DNA of 63,691 nt, filler included, from Reticulomyxa filosa (lineage: Eukaryota > Protista > Foraminifera): the NCBI GenBank assembly GCA_000512085.1. It is 17 parts of 17 records of this genome, joined end to end, with 100 filler letters (N's around TTAATTAATTAA, not from the genome) between each part and the next. Parts side by side here need not be neighbours in the genome. Positions count along the whole stretch, not along the records: positions 1 to 2,799 come from ASPP01014838.1; positions 2,900 to 9,168 come from ASPP01012043.1; positions 9,269 to 10,985 come from ASPP01024143.1; positions 11,086 to 15,278 come from ASPP01022721.1; 13 more parts are not named here. One strand, given 5' to 3'. The position numbers were made by a program, and so were the translations under genes. The first letter of the stretch is position 1, and each line of letters begins with the position of its first letter. This document shows, piece by piece, positions 1 through 11,590 of the stretch. The notes beneath the pieces were generated by a model. The model had not been told where the DNA came from. It ran no database searches and saw nothing but the letters and a program-made list of their open reading frames with translations.

Positions 1-19
1 TTTTTTTTTTTTTCCTCCC

Positions 20-632
20 CCCTCTTCAAAACTGATTGCTTCTGCAATTCGAAAATGGATCAACAGGTACTCCTTCAATAGAAAATAGTTTCGTTGATAC
101 CTTGCATCGGCATGGTCGGCCAGTTTATTCGATGCCAACTCTTTAAAATATTGTACCACTTCTTTTGTCTCTTTTCCATACAATCCCAATATCTGCTGCG
201 AATATTCATAGAAACACGAGCCTATCTCTGCTTCCGAATCTATCTCACAGTATTGCCACGCGCTGTAAATGTCGTTCGTTGGATTCTCCTCGTGGATCAA
301 CGGGGTTCTGTTGTTTGTGTACTCGTTCCCATGGAAACTCAAACATGCACAAGTTAAGAAGCGTTGCTCATAACACCAATTTTCTGAATTCACTGCATCT
401 TCGTCTATCTGTTGTTTATTATAGGCAAATTCCGTGTCCATTTGAGTTTTGTTTGACAAAGGAGGCACCTACTAGTAAAAAAAAAAAAACATACAAAATT
501 AAAACGGTTAATTACCGTTTCTATAAATTGATGATGCCCTCCCAGCCTTGTCATTACACGTCGCTCATAATTAATCGGCGTCACAACCCAAAACACGCCC
601 AACTCGCACACGTTCCCGGTCGTACCCCACAT
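20..632 (-). CDS. Partial spliced gene of unknown function (runs off the contig end)
   Basis: The minus strand has a GT..AG intron (gtaatt...actagtag, ~469-515) joining ORF 405-632 to an ~150-codon open frame (VPPLSNKTQMDTEFAY...YLLIHFRIAEAISFEE). That frame has no stop before the contig end. No motif recognised. Confidence 0.4.
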
Positions 633-2744
633 AAAACTATATCAACTTCGCATGCGCAACAATATCCACATCAGCGCAATCATATCGCTCCCGAAAACAA
701 GCGCATATCGCACCAACATCGATTTAAGGGCTTGATGCCCACATCACATTGCGATCAGTCGCACCACTCCATCTTTCACAACACACTCCACTTTATCCGA
801 CCATCCAACTCCAACCAACATTGCAATATCCCGCTAAGCCACACAGTACAAAATACCCCACCCAAATCCAACATGCTCCTCCAAACACCCAACCAACCAC
901 ATCAAACTACCACATACCACACACACACACAAAACATCACCATACCCCACAATCCCCCAATCGACATTGACACCAACGTCAGGTCGACACCTCCAACAGA
1001 GGTATGGGATGGAGGCAAAGTGGTACAATCACCACATGCTGTGTTGCACCAGCAACGCCATTTCTCCAAACGACGCAGGTGACAATTAATTCAATAAAAT
1101 TTGTAAAGCTTTTTTTTTTTTTTTAAGCTCTTAATTTCTTTTTGAATTGAATTGATTGAAATTTTGGATGAATGAATCTTTTATTTCGCAAAAATTTTCG
1201 CAAAGTTCATTTTCTGAAATTCTTCTTGCCAAAAAAGATTTTTGAATGCATCAAGAAAACAATTTTGCTCAATAAACTTTTTCTCTCAGTCAATTGAAAA
1301 TTTAACAACGGCACAAAAGAAGAAAAATTGCGGATGGAAAATATGTAAATATTCCCCTATGTTTTCTCAGTTTTTGGAGGAGAATTAATAGGAAAAAAAA
1401 AAAGATATGTAAATTAATATAAACAATAATGCATGCTAAATTAGTAATAATTGAATCTATTATCATTGATCATATTTTTACACTAACAAAAAGAAATATG
1501 TAACAGTGAATAGTGCTAACCTAGACATTGCCAAGATCCGTCTTTTTACGCGCTTATATGATAAGCAAAATCACATCTGCTTTTTTTCACGAAAAATATT
1601 GATTATCAGAGCTTTGAAAAACAAACACTCAAGAGAAAATAAATCGCTCAGTCTGTTCCACAACAAGAAAGACTTGGCCACGTCTTTTTACAAAGACCAA
1701 CATATTGTTTGTCAATAATATTTCCAATTCCACCAAAGATATTGAAAGTGGACAATTGAATGGTAAAGCGCATCATTAGTGGTAAGAAAATGAAGGACGG
1801 AGTATTATTATCTAGTTATGTCTAAACTTGAAAAGAATTTAATAACTCAATGGAACCACGCAAACACATTTTATAAAATATTGAAAAGGCAAAAATGCAG
1901 AAGGAATATAACAACTAATGAATAAATGAATCACCATGCCATTGCCAATGTTTAAAATTATGATAATCTATTAAACTTTAACTCATACATAAAAAATTAT
2001 ACTAAACTGGTCCAAAAAAAAATCATCAAAACAGCTTTTGCTCTGTTTTTATGTTTATGCTTGCGTCCGAAATGCCACGTTAAAAAATGTTTTAGTTAAA
2101 GAGTTTGAAATGTATTTAGACGCATGGCTAGGTGTGGTACTGTTATAAAACTATTTTCAAACATTTTTACATTACCAAAACAATTTGCTTGCGTCAAAAA
2201 TAAAACTTCTGTTTTTGCTCTTTTGAAGTTTTTTCGGAACGTTGTGGAAGGAACGTTAAAATCAAAAAATCAAATTTATATATTTATAATCTGCTCTAAA
2301 ATGTTGTTTTTTGTATTAGACTTGGCATTCCGCAGAGCCTCTGTGGAATTTGTCTTTTATGTGAGCTGTTTGTTGTATTTGGTATTTCCATTGTCATTTG
2401 GTTTTATGTTTGCAGAAGTGGCGTCATTAGCTCCAGAAGCGACCTTTTATCAATGTCTTTATCTGACTGGGACAATGTACTTTGAGTCAACGTTCAATTA
2501 TTTGGTTAAGTTGAGAAAAAACTAGTAGAAGGGGGACAATGTGAAGAAGAGAAAGAGAGGAATGTAGCAAGAGGAGAAGATGAGAAATAAAAAACATTTG
2601 CAAATAGATTTTCGATGGATTCGTATTTACGACATTGCATTTTTTGTTCAGCCTGATAGAAAGACGGATCTTTCATGGAATATCTACAGATGAAAAAAAG
2701 GTTGGGATTACTACCAAATCATTTAATACCCATATAACATATAC

Positions 2745-2776
<32 letters not shown>

Positions 2777-2799
2777 ATATGTATATGTTATATGCTTGC

Positions 2800-2899
2800 N
2801 NNNNNNNNNNNNNNNNNNNNNNNNNNNNNNNNNNNNNNNNNNNTTAATTAATTAANNNNNNNNNNNNNNNNNNNNNNNNNNNNNNNNNNNNNNNNNNNN
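2800..2899. other. Artificial contig spacer N44-TTAATTAATTAA-N44 (first of 16)
   Basis: Identical 100-nt spacers at 2800, 9169, 10986, 15279, 19243, 24091, 25431, 26994, 29436, 30584, 34068, 36923, 38023, 57416, 61376 and 62491. The core puts stops in all six frames. Confidence 0.98.
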
Positions 2900-3435
2900 A
2901 CTTACTGTAACTACGTTAAGGACTAAATGTAATACGAAAAAAGTTTATTGGATAGTCTTAACAAAAAAGGAGTAAAGAAATAAGTATTATGATGAAAAAA
3001 AAGAAGTTCGTCCAACACTTATGTAAAATATCGCCATTGCGCTGGCTGTTTCCAACACCTAGTATCTTGTGATCAATCAATTGTTGTTTATATTGTTCCA
3101 CTTGTTCCTAACAACGTTATATTGTTATTTATTGATTAAAAAAATATAGTATATGTACACATATAATAATACTTAAACTAACTTTAAATTGCTTGATTTG
3201 TTTCAATTGACTATTCACTTCAAAATTTCATTAAAGAATTGACCAGTTCGGAATTTGAGGCTTTCAAGACCTTTCGTTTGCACTAGGCAAGTCGTCTTGT
3301 GGATACAAATTCAATTGGAGCTTGACCATTTCTAATTCCTATTGGACTGTCGGATTTGTGTATTAATACAACCAGATCACAGTTGAGCTAACTCTTTCGT
3401 CAGTTTACTGTTTTCGCTTCGCAAGCTGCAAATTG

Positions 3436-3476
3436 TCACCTCATTGTTTTTCACCTCATTGTTTTTCATCTCATTG
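3436..3476 (+). repeat. 15-bp tandem repeat (TCACCTCATTGTTTT x ~2.7) upstream of the Ras gene
   Basis: Directly visible in the sequence. Confidence 0.8.
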
Positions 3477-3888
3477 CAAAACAACGTGCGTTGTTCTTCC
3501 AACGCTCTATTTCATCTACGTACTCTTTCTGTTAACAAAAAAAAACAGCAACAACGTTAAAATATATTATTAGTAATAAAGCCATGAAAATTTTTTTTTT
3601 TCAAATTCTTCTGTTGCATTGTTTCGCACACGGTCTTCTACAAACTTGCAGTTTTCTTATGCAATATTAGCATCTGATTTTTTTTTGTCCAATTGTTGGC
3701 ATTTTGAACGTGAGTTTTAAGTTGTTGTTTAATTTGCTTATCCCAGTCACTTCTCACGCATTACCATTCAAATAAAAATTAAAAAGTTTTGTAAACAATA
3801 CAACAATTTTCAGCAAATTTCGATTATGTACAAGTTTTTGGTCACTGAAAAATAGTTTGTAAGGGCACAGAACATCTTATTGATTAAA

Positions 3889-4762
3889 ATGACCGAATAT
3901 AAAGTAGTGATGTTGGGTGCCTCTTGCGTTGGTAAAAGTGCAATGGCAATCCGATTTACTGCAGACAGTTACTCAGACGACGGTTACGATCCAACAATTG
4001 AAGATAGCTACCGCAAACAAATAGTTGTGGACAACAGCTCTGCGCTAGTGGATATTTTAGATACTGCAGGCATAGAAGGGATGTCAACCATGCAAGATCT
4101 ATGGATGAAAGAAGGAAATGGATTTGTGTTGGTATACAGTATCACTTCAAGAGAGACATTTGATCATCTCTCGACATTGTATAACAAAATTTTAAGGGCC
4201 AAAGACACGGACGAGATTCCAATGTTAGTTGCAATAAACGCCTTTTCTTTCTCCCTTACAAACATGCTTATTTTCTGGCCTTTTCTATCTTCTTACAAAT
4301 GAGTGAGCTTTATTAAAAAAAAAACACTCTAATTTTTTTAATTACATTTTTTTGTTGTTATGTATCTGTTGCTTAAACAAAGTGTAATTGCGGGTAATAA
4401 ATGTGACCTAACCAATCATCGAACGGTAGCAACTAAAGAAGGAGAAGGATTAGGTAAGTGTACCAAAACAGAACACACAACCAATAATAATAATGTACGT
4501 GTTGGAAACGATAATAACGTACACTTTCCATCTATTTTCTTGCATCGACATTTGTGCTCTCATGGAAGTTTTTTGTTGTGTGTTCATGGAAATGAAACAA
4601 ATAGCCAAAACATGGGGAACCTACTGCACATTTTTTGAGACAAGCGCAAAAGAAAATATCAATGTAACAGAAGTGTACTTTGAAATGATTCGAAAAATGC
4701 GACAGATTGAAGCAAAGAAGCAAAATAACACTGCCAAAAAAAAAATGTGTCAAATTTTGTAA
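3889..4762 (+). CDS. Ras/Rap-family small GTPase, 3 exons (3889-4223, 4383-4453, 4605-4762)
   Basis: MTEYKVV start, P-loop GASCVGKS, effector YDPTIEDSYRKQ, DILDTAG, GNKCDL, ETSAK and C-terminal CaaX CQIL. Both GT-AG introns restore the frame. Confidence 0.95.
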
Positions 4763-5149
4763 TTAGATTTTTTTGTAAGTTTTTTTCTTGTCACGTATTG
4801 ACTGACTTGAAGACAAGCCTCGTTCGACTTGACGAGGAATTTTGTGTTGCGAAGACTAATGAATGCAATATGCTAGTATGCTATAGAATTGAAAAAAAAT
4901 TATCTTTTCATTCATCATAATGAAAATTAAATAATAAACTATTCACAAAACATCAACGTTTGTTTCCCCTTTCCCCCTTCTCCGTATTTTTTTATAAATA
5001 ACACGGGTTCGACATTTCTCACTTTTGAGTTGTTTTTTGTTGGTTCAATTTTGTTTTCTTTTGGGGTGGTTCCGCTTGTTCTGTAAACGTTTCACAATTA
5101 AAACAAACAGACAACAACAAAAACCTTTTTATTGTTACTCTTGTTAAAT

Positions 5150-8100
5150 GTTATAACGCAATTAAAAATACCTAGATTTGCTTGACTTTTGCTATTGCAT
5201 GAAGATGTCACTTCACACTCCATTTTTTGACGAGACCTCTTTTGAGTAGTTTTGTTTTTGCAGTCAAAAGAAGGCTCTGTCTTATTACTGTTCTCGGTTG
5301 CACCTTGATCTAATGCATCTTGCAGCTCATTGTCAACATCTCGTCCAATTGCACTCAAATTCAATCCATTGCCCTCATTCACACTTACTTCCGAACTTTC
5401 GACTCTTTTTATTCATTCACACAGATTATATACATGTGCATCACATCTTCTTTTTTTTTTTTTTTCTTACAGTCTCTCTTCTTTTCCCCTTTTCGGAACA
5501 AAAAAAAAATCCAAGCAAATAAAGTCAAACCTAGGGGAAAAGTGTTCTGCCTCTAGATCGATATGGACTCCATTTTTTGCCTGGGGTTGACGGGACAAAA
5601 TTGGAGCGCCTAAGTTTAACAAAGGATTTGGACGTCGACGGGGCGAGACACTTTCAAAAACAAACACAAGCAATTTGGTCACAAAAAGATGCAATATATA
5701 CATAGACATGTTTTGTAAAGACAAGCAATTAAGTTTTAAACTTGACATCGTCTTCAGCAGTATCATCCGTGACAAACTCCGTTTTCAATTTAAATAAATT
5801 TCCTGGCAATAATATCTTTCCTGGAAATTCGTTCCATTTGTGTTGCTTGCATTTTTTGTTTTGATTTATGTAAAATTACAACCCTTCTTTGTTTCAATTC
5901 AAAACAAACAAAAAAAAAAATTGAATAAATATATGTATATAATATTATGGTACAACATACTCCAAATCTCCTTCGTAGTCTGTTAAGGGCAATGAACGCC
6001 AAATAGTGATGATTCTTACTAAAAGGAGCAGTGTCATCACGACTTCGTTGGATGCGATTTAAGATACCAATGAGCAAAGGGAAATTGTGCACTGTTTTTT
6101 TATCCAGCAAAGCGTCAAAATAGAAATCGATAATTTTTCCAAAGTACTCCATCGGGCTTGTTTCCCCACACGCCTCCGTCTTTCCATCCGCCTCTGTAAT
6201 GTTGATGCTAGCGCTGCCCACTTCCTTCTCTTCCTTTTTCGAGTCACTTTGTACCATCGAAGCAGGTTCTTCCTGGTCTTTGTCATTTGCACTCTCGTTC
6301 GGCTTTTCATTTGCTAAGGCTTTCTTTGTCAACTTGTGGCAGTCATTGGAACCCAGAGTGTGTGTAGCGGAATCTGCTGTTTGTTCTTTCATGTTCCACA
6401 TCGTGCATTACATATGTCAATGTATGTCATAATATAATTAATTATGCTTAACAAAAAAAAAAAAATAAATAAATAAATGAAGGGAAGGAGAGATAAGAAA
6501 CAAAAATTAAAGCTTAAAAAAACTGATTTGTCGTATTTCTTGCTTGGCTAATTGCGGGTTGAACTTTGGATGGTGTGCAAGCATATGAATGAGATAAATC
6601 AAAATCGATTCCGGCAAATGAAAAAAGTCACGAATTTGAGTTTCTTCGTCTGCATCATTGTCGGTCGCACTTCGGCTGTGGACGCGTTGTTCGTACGTCT
6701 TGCGCATGCGTTCCAACAAGCCTCTCAATTCTCGGGCATATCTTGTCTTCAACACTTTGTTTGACACCACCGCCACCAAAGGGAGCACCGACGCAAAATA
6801 CATGGGCAACAAACGATCTTTCAAGTGCACAAAGTATGTATACAAAACCGCGTCCGATATGCTCACGTTTTTGTTATGCACTAAAAACGCTATCGTGTAC
6901 ATATCCAAATAGTTGCGATTTAGCAACGTGCGGTAATGAGATCTCGTACACAAATTCAATATACACTTTTTTTGTTTTTTTTTCCCCCCCCCCCCATCAA
7001 TCAAACGTATACAAAAAAAAAAAAAATTTATTTTATTTTATTTTTTTTGCAAAAAGGATAACACTTTTTAAAAAACTAAATGTTTACTATTAGATACCGT
7101 AGCAGCTTTGACAATCAATCCGACTTGATCGCAGTCGAGCTCCTTATCAATGTTATTCTCACCTTCTTTGCAAAGTTGGACACGGTCGCCCCTGGATTTA
7201 AGTAAAAAAGACGTGGGATCAAGAAGGACAGAAGCATTCTCGTTGGGTCGTACAACGCCATGATTTTTGATCAGCGACAGAAACACTTGCATGATGCGCA
7301 CCGCCTCTTGATCCACGTTCACATTCACGCTTGTGCTCAAGTTGACGTTGAGATCCGTAGTCATGCCCACGCCAAAAAGAGAAGCTATCATTGGCGAGTT
7401 ATCAACGCGAGAGTTTGGTATTTCATCATTCATCAATTCTGTTGTGAGTGTGCAATTTATTTTTTTAATTTTTATTTTTGGTTCAAAAAATCTTGGAAAT
7501 ATATGTTCATATGTATATAAAACTTTTTGGTGTGGTTGTGTCTCCTTCCAACGCATGTATTTGTTCCTCTTTTGTTCCCAAATCTGCCAAAGTATCACTT
7601 TTCGCCAACTCGGACAAATTTACTCGTTCTTCTTCCACTTTTTTTTTTTTTTAAACACATGATCATTTTTTTTTTTTTTTTAGAAACAATAACAAAAATC
7701 GAGTATACGTACGTTCAGCGCCGTCAGGATTGGTTGATTTGGCCCTGTCACGCTGACGTGCTCTAGCCAACTGATCTTCGGACTGTTTCTTTTGAGCCAA
7801 GGCCAACGCAAGCAAATAAAGGGTCAACACATCCATTCCGAGTTTTTTGCTTTGCACAATCAGCGAAGAATTGCAACCCCAAGCTTCCTTTCCGCAGGTC
7901 GTTTCTTTACAAGTTTTTTTGAGGTTGTTTGTTTGTTTTACCCATTCATTTTTCAACCAATCTCTTTTCGTGATATCTTGTTTTTTTTTTTATTTTATTT
8001 TTTTTTAAAAAAAAAAATTGTCAATAATCCATTGGACATACTCTGCTCCGAGTTGGAATTTTCTACACATTTGTGTTTTGCGGGAGTGAACGGCAACAGC

Positions 8101-9120
8101 GACTCTAAAACAAAAATTTTGACTGCATTGGCATTTGGAAAGAAGACATTGGGACACAGTTTGACAATCACCGACAATGTTGCCAACACGGATGTCAAAT
8201 GAGGCTCGTTCATATTCAGTTTGTCGCAGCACTCCTTTTTATGTTGAATGAAGCCAAGGTTTACGTTCATGTTCAAGAAAGAGAGAGAGATTTTACAAAA
8301 AAAGCAAAACTCGGCATAAGCGTTCGGCCACAGACGACCCCGAAGGCTGCAACCGTAGCAAGCATTCCGCAGCGAGCAAGGCAACTTTCGAAGTGCTTTG
8401 TTTGGCTTTAGTTTCTAGCTCGGCAAGAAAATCACTATCAATTTTTTATTTTTAAAATAAAAATAATAAGTCCGAAAAACATACACACAAAAAAAAAAAA
8501 AAAAAATTTTGCCAAATAGGAGAAAACATAACAAAACAAAACTCTTTCGCAACCAAGACCGAACGCAATTTGGAGCAATTGACAAATATTTTCAAAGCAA
8601 CAAATGAAACGTCGATGAGTTCGGATTTGGTGGTTGGCGGACTGACTTTGACAGGGTCTTGTGTGGAGCGAACAGTGATGGTGTGTGCGTATGTTTTTGG
8701 ATGATTGAACAATTGCATGAGGAGATGATGGCAGGTTGGAGACGCGAACATAGTCGCGGGATAGTGTGTGCACACTTGCTCCAAGACATAGACGGCAGAA
8801 TGCAGCAACACTTTGGGGCAATTTTCTTGACACAGCAAATCCACGATTTTCTGCAACAGCTGACTCACGGCATCCACACCCAATACATTGTTGCGCAAAC
8901 GAACACACAACGACTGCGTAAACTCACACAAGTCATCCTTTTTTATCCCGCTGTCGCTTGCAATCGTCATCACATTCACCGATGACTGCAGCTCTTCCAT
9001 GCACGTCCATTGTTCATGCCACGGCGCACTCACATTGCACAACGTCCCCAAATACTTGCGCACTTTATTGTTCTTATTTTCTAGTAACACACGCAAATAC
9101 GCGGACGAAGGGCTTTGTTC
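5150..9120 (-). CDS. PDS5: Sister-chromatid cohesion protein Pds5 homolog, C-terminal part, multi-exon, 5' truncated by the contig end
   Basis: HLPESILIYLIHMLAHHPKF matches the Pds5 motif LLPEY..PY.IHLLAHDP. HEAT-like helical exons precede it and an NFPLLIGILNRIQRSRDD segment and a low-complexity tail follow. The 3' end is approximate. Confidence 0.8.
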
Positions 9121-9134
9121 TCTATTTTTGTTTT

Positions 9135-9168
<34 letters not shown>

Positions 9169-9319
9169 NNNNNNNNNNNNNNNNNNNNNNNNNNNNNNNN
9201 NNNNNNNNNNNNTTAATTAATTAANNNNNNNNNNNNNNNNNNNNNNNNNNNNNNNNNNNNNNNNNNNNAAAAAAAAAAAACCCCAAAAAAAAAAAAAAAA
9301 AAAAAAAAAAAAGCAATTG

Positions 9320-10945
9320 TTTCAAGAATTGCAGTTTGCCTACGATGCATTGAAAGACTCAGAAAAAAGAAAGATTTACGACAGGTACGACAGACCAGTA
9401 AACAAACATAGCAATCTCTTGCTAGCAAGGCGACGCAAAGAATACACACACTCACACGTCAAGCAAAAGCGCAAAATTTGGGAAAAATACTTTATTATTT
9501 TTTTATTTTTTTTTATTTTTTTTTTCCCCCCCCCCGTTGGATTTGGACTTTGATACGTCGATGACCAAAAAACAAGATACGGAGAGAAAGGTATTCGGCA
9601 GGCTGCATCTTCAAGTGGATTTAGCAAGAGAGGTGACGAATCGGGACAAAAAAAATCGCCGCCCATTAAGCGAGTGCTGGAGGTCACCTTAGAAGAGTTT
9701 GGATTCTTTCCTTTTTTTCCTTTGTTTATTTATTGCTCTTTCTGTTTTATTGAAAGTGAATGACAAGAAACAAAGAAATGAGTACAAAATAGAAAGAAAC
9801 TCTATGCGACCAAAAAAAAAAAAAAAACAACAACAACAAAACACAGACAAATAACAAAATCAGTCAAATAAACACAATAAAACTAACTGGAAAAAGCGTT
9901 ACTATTTTTTTTTTGTTTGTTTGATCTTTGATACTAATTTGTGCGTTCTTTACGCGCACGCCTGTCATTGGGATTGCAAAAAAAAAAAAAAAAAAAAATG
10001 AAAAATGGAAACGAATTTTAATTGGACGCGGACAGTCTATACAAAGGCTCAATGAAAGAAGTCCCAATTGAAAGACACACGGTGAGTGCTAAACAACCCA
10101 TTTATATTGACACTTTGCGAATGTGATGAAAGTACTTATTGACTGACATGTCAATAGTAATAATATGTATATATTATTTCATATATATATATGTATATAA
10201 TATATATACACATATATATACATATATATATATATTTAATAATATACATTACGTTTTATATAATTATGTAAATACAATGCATTGAACTTTGCAACTATTA
10301 GTTTTAAAAATAAAAAATAAAAAAAAATTTGCTAGGCGGGTTCGAATACGGCAAAATGTGATCGATGTCACGGTGATGGTGTAATAACGACAATCCAACG
10401 CATGGGCCCAATGATGTTTCAACAACGACGTGAGTGCCCCAAATGTGAAGGACAAGGCTACGAATTGGAATCGAATTTGGTCACAATTCAAGTCCACATT
10501 CCTGTCGGTGCAAAGACTGGTGAGCTCGTGACTGTGCACGGAGAAGGCCATCGTTATCCCGATCACGCTCCAGGGGACATCACCTTCCAATTGCGAACAT
10601 TGAAACACGAAGTATTTACGAGACAAGGTGCCGATTTGGGGATGAACACGACATTAACTTTGCGAGAAGCCCTTTGCGGATACGAACTGAAAATCCAACA
10701 TCTCAATGGATACATAGTGCTAATCACACCATCCAAGGATTCTCCTCAGGTGGTTCAACCTGGGTCTCTTAAACGCGTTGTCGGATACGGAATGCCTCAA
10801 AGATATTCCCCTCACGTGAAAGGACATTTGTATATTGTCATGGAAGTCAAGCTACCATTATTTCAAACTTTGTCTTCTCAAAAAATTCAAGAATTGAAGC
10901 AAATTTTACCTGATCAAGCCATTGAACAAGCAACTGAAAATACAG
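9320..10945 (+). CDS. Hsp40/DnaJ class A-like co-chaperone, partial at both ends
   Basis: J-domain end FQELQFAYDALKDSEKRKIYDR|YGE, LEVTLEE|LYKG, two CxxCxGxG motifs, and C-terminal domain motifs GEGH..PGDI, LTLREALCG, GMP...KGHLYI. Confidence 0.93.
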
Positions 10946-11085
10946 GTACTTTCTCTCATGTTTATGTGTCCACTTTTCGTCATGCNNNNNNNNNNNNNNN
11001 NNNNNNNNNNNNNNNNNNNNNNNNNNNNNTTAATTAATTAANNNNNNNNNNNNNNNNNNNNNNNNNNNNNNNNNNNNNNNNNNNN

Positions 11086-11268
11086 AATCATATTTTTGAT
11101 CAACCTAGAAAAAACTTATCATAAAACCAATTTCATATTTAAAAACTACAAGATTAGTAGATATTTTTAAAAAAAAAAATTAGGTTTAAATCTTTATTTT
11201 TCATGGAGAAAATCTATTTTCTTCATATAGTGCCATTTAGGTATGGCAGTTTTTTTTGCAATCTACTG
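11086..11268 (-). mobile_element. Terminus of a Tc1/mariner-like DNA element (copy 1)
   Basis: Reverse-complement match to 26527-26697. It ends in ...TTTTTGCAATCTACTG followed by TA, and similarity stops at the TA. Confidence 0.65.
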
Positions 11269-11590
11269 TATCAAAAAATCTCAGAGATCATACATTTTAC
11301 AACTCTTTTGCTCACACTACAACAATTATCAAATTATGATCAATACAGTGGAATAGTTATAGATAGAAAATATTATTTTCATGGCTGATTGATTTATTTG
11401 AAATAGCACTTTGTTATAATGTAGAAATGTTTCATTTGTTTTCAAACAGATGTTGCTTGCAAAAAAAGTAGGAAAATGCAACAGTTCGTGCAAGTTGTAG
11501 GATTTAAATAGCATTTTGCTAATTGAAACGACAATGAGATAGAGTAAGCTATGTTCAAAAATCGCTCGCTCCTATTGATATTCCGAACTT

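Noticed and set aside
630-1060. In-frame TGA codons upstream of the minus-strand ORF (possible selenocysteine or recoding)
   Set aside because: A TAG also interrupts the frame, there is no homology to anchor it, and other genes here end normally in TGA.
165-1082. 305-aa His/Pro/Thr-rich plus-strand ORF
   Set aside because: It has a TTG start and no motif, and it crosses a poly-A tract that reads as a minus-strand intron. A C/A-rich strand is depleted of stops by composition. Not excluded, but unsupported.
2124-2799. Possible gene start (ORFs 2124-2525, 2635-2847)
   Set aside because: No consistent exon chain or motif could be built.
9135-9168. Long poly-A/poly-T tracts at contig ends, resembling mRNA tails or retrocopies
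   Set aside because: They lie inside introns of truncated genes, and the assembly simply breaks at homopolymers.
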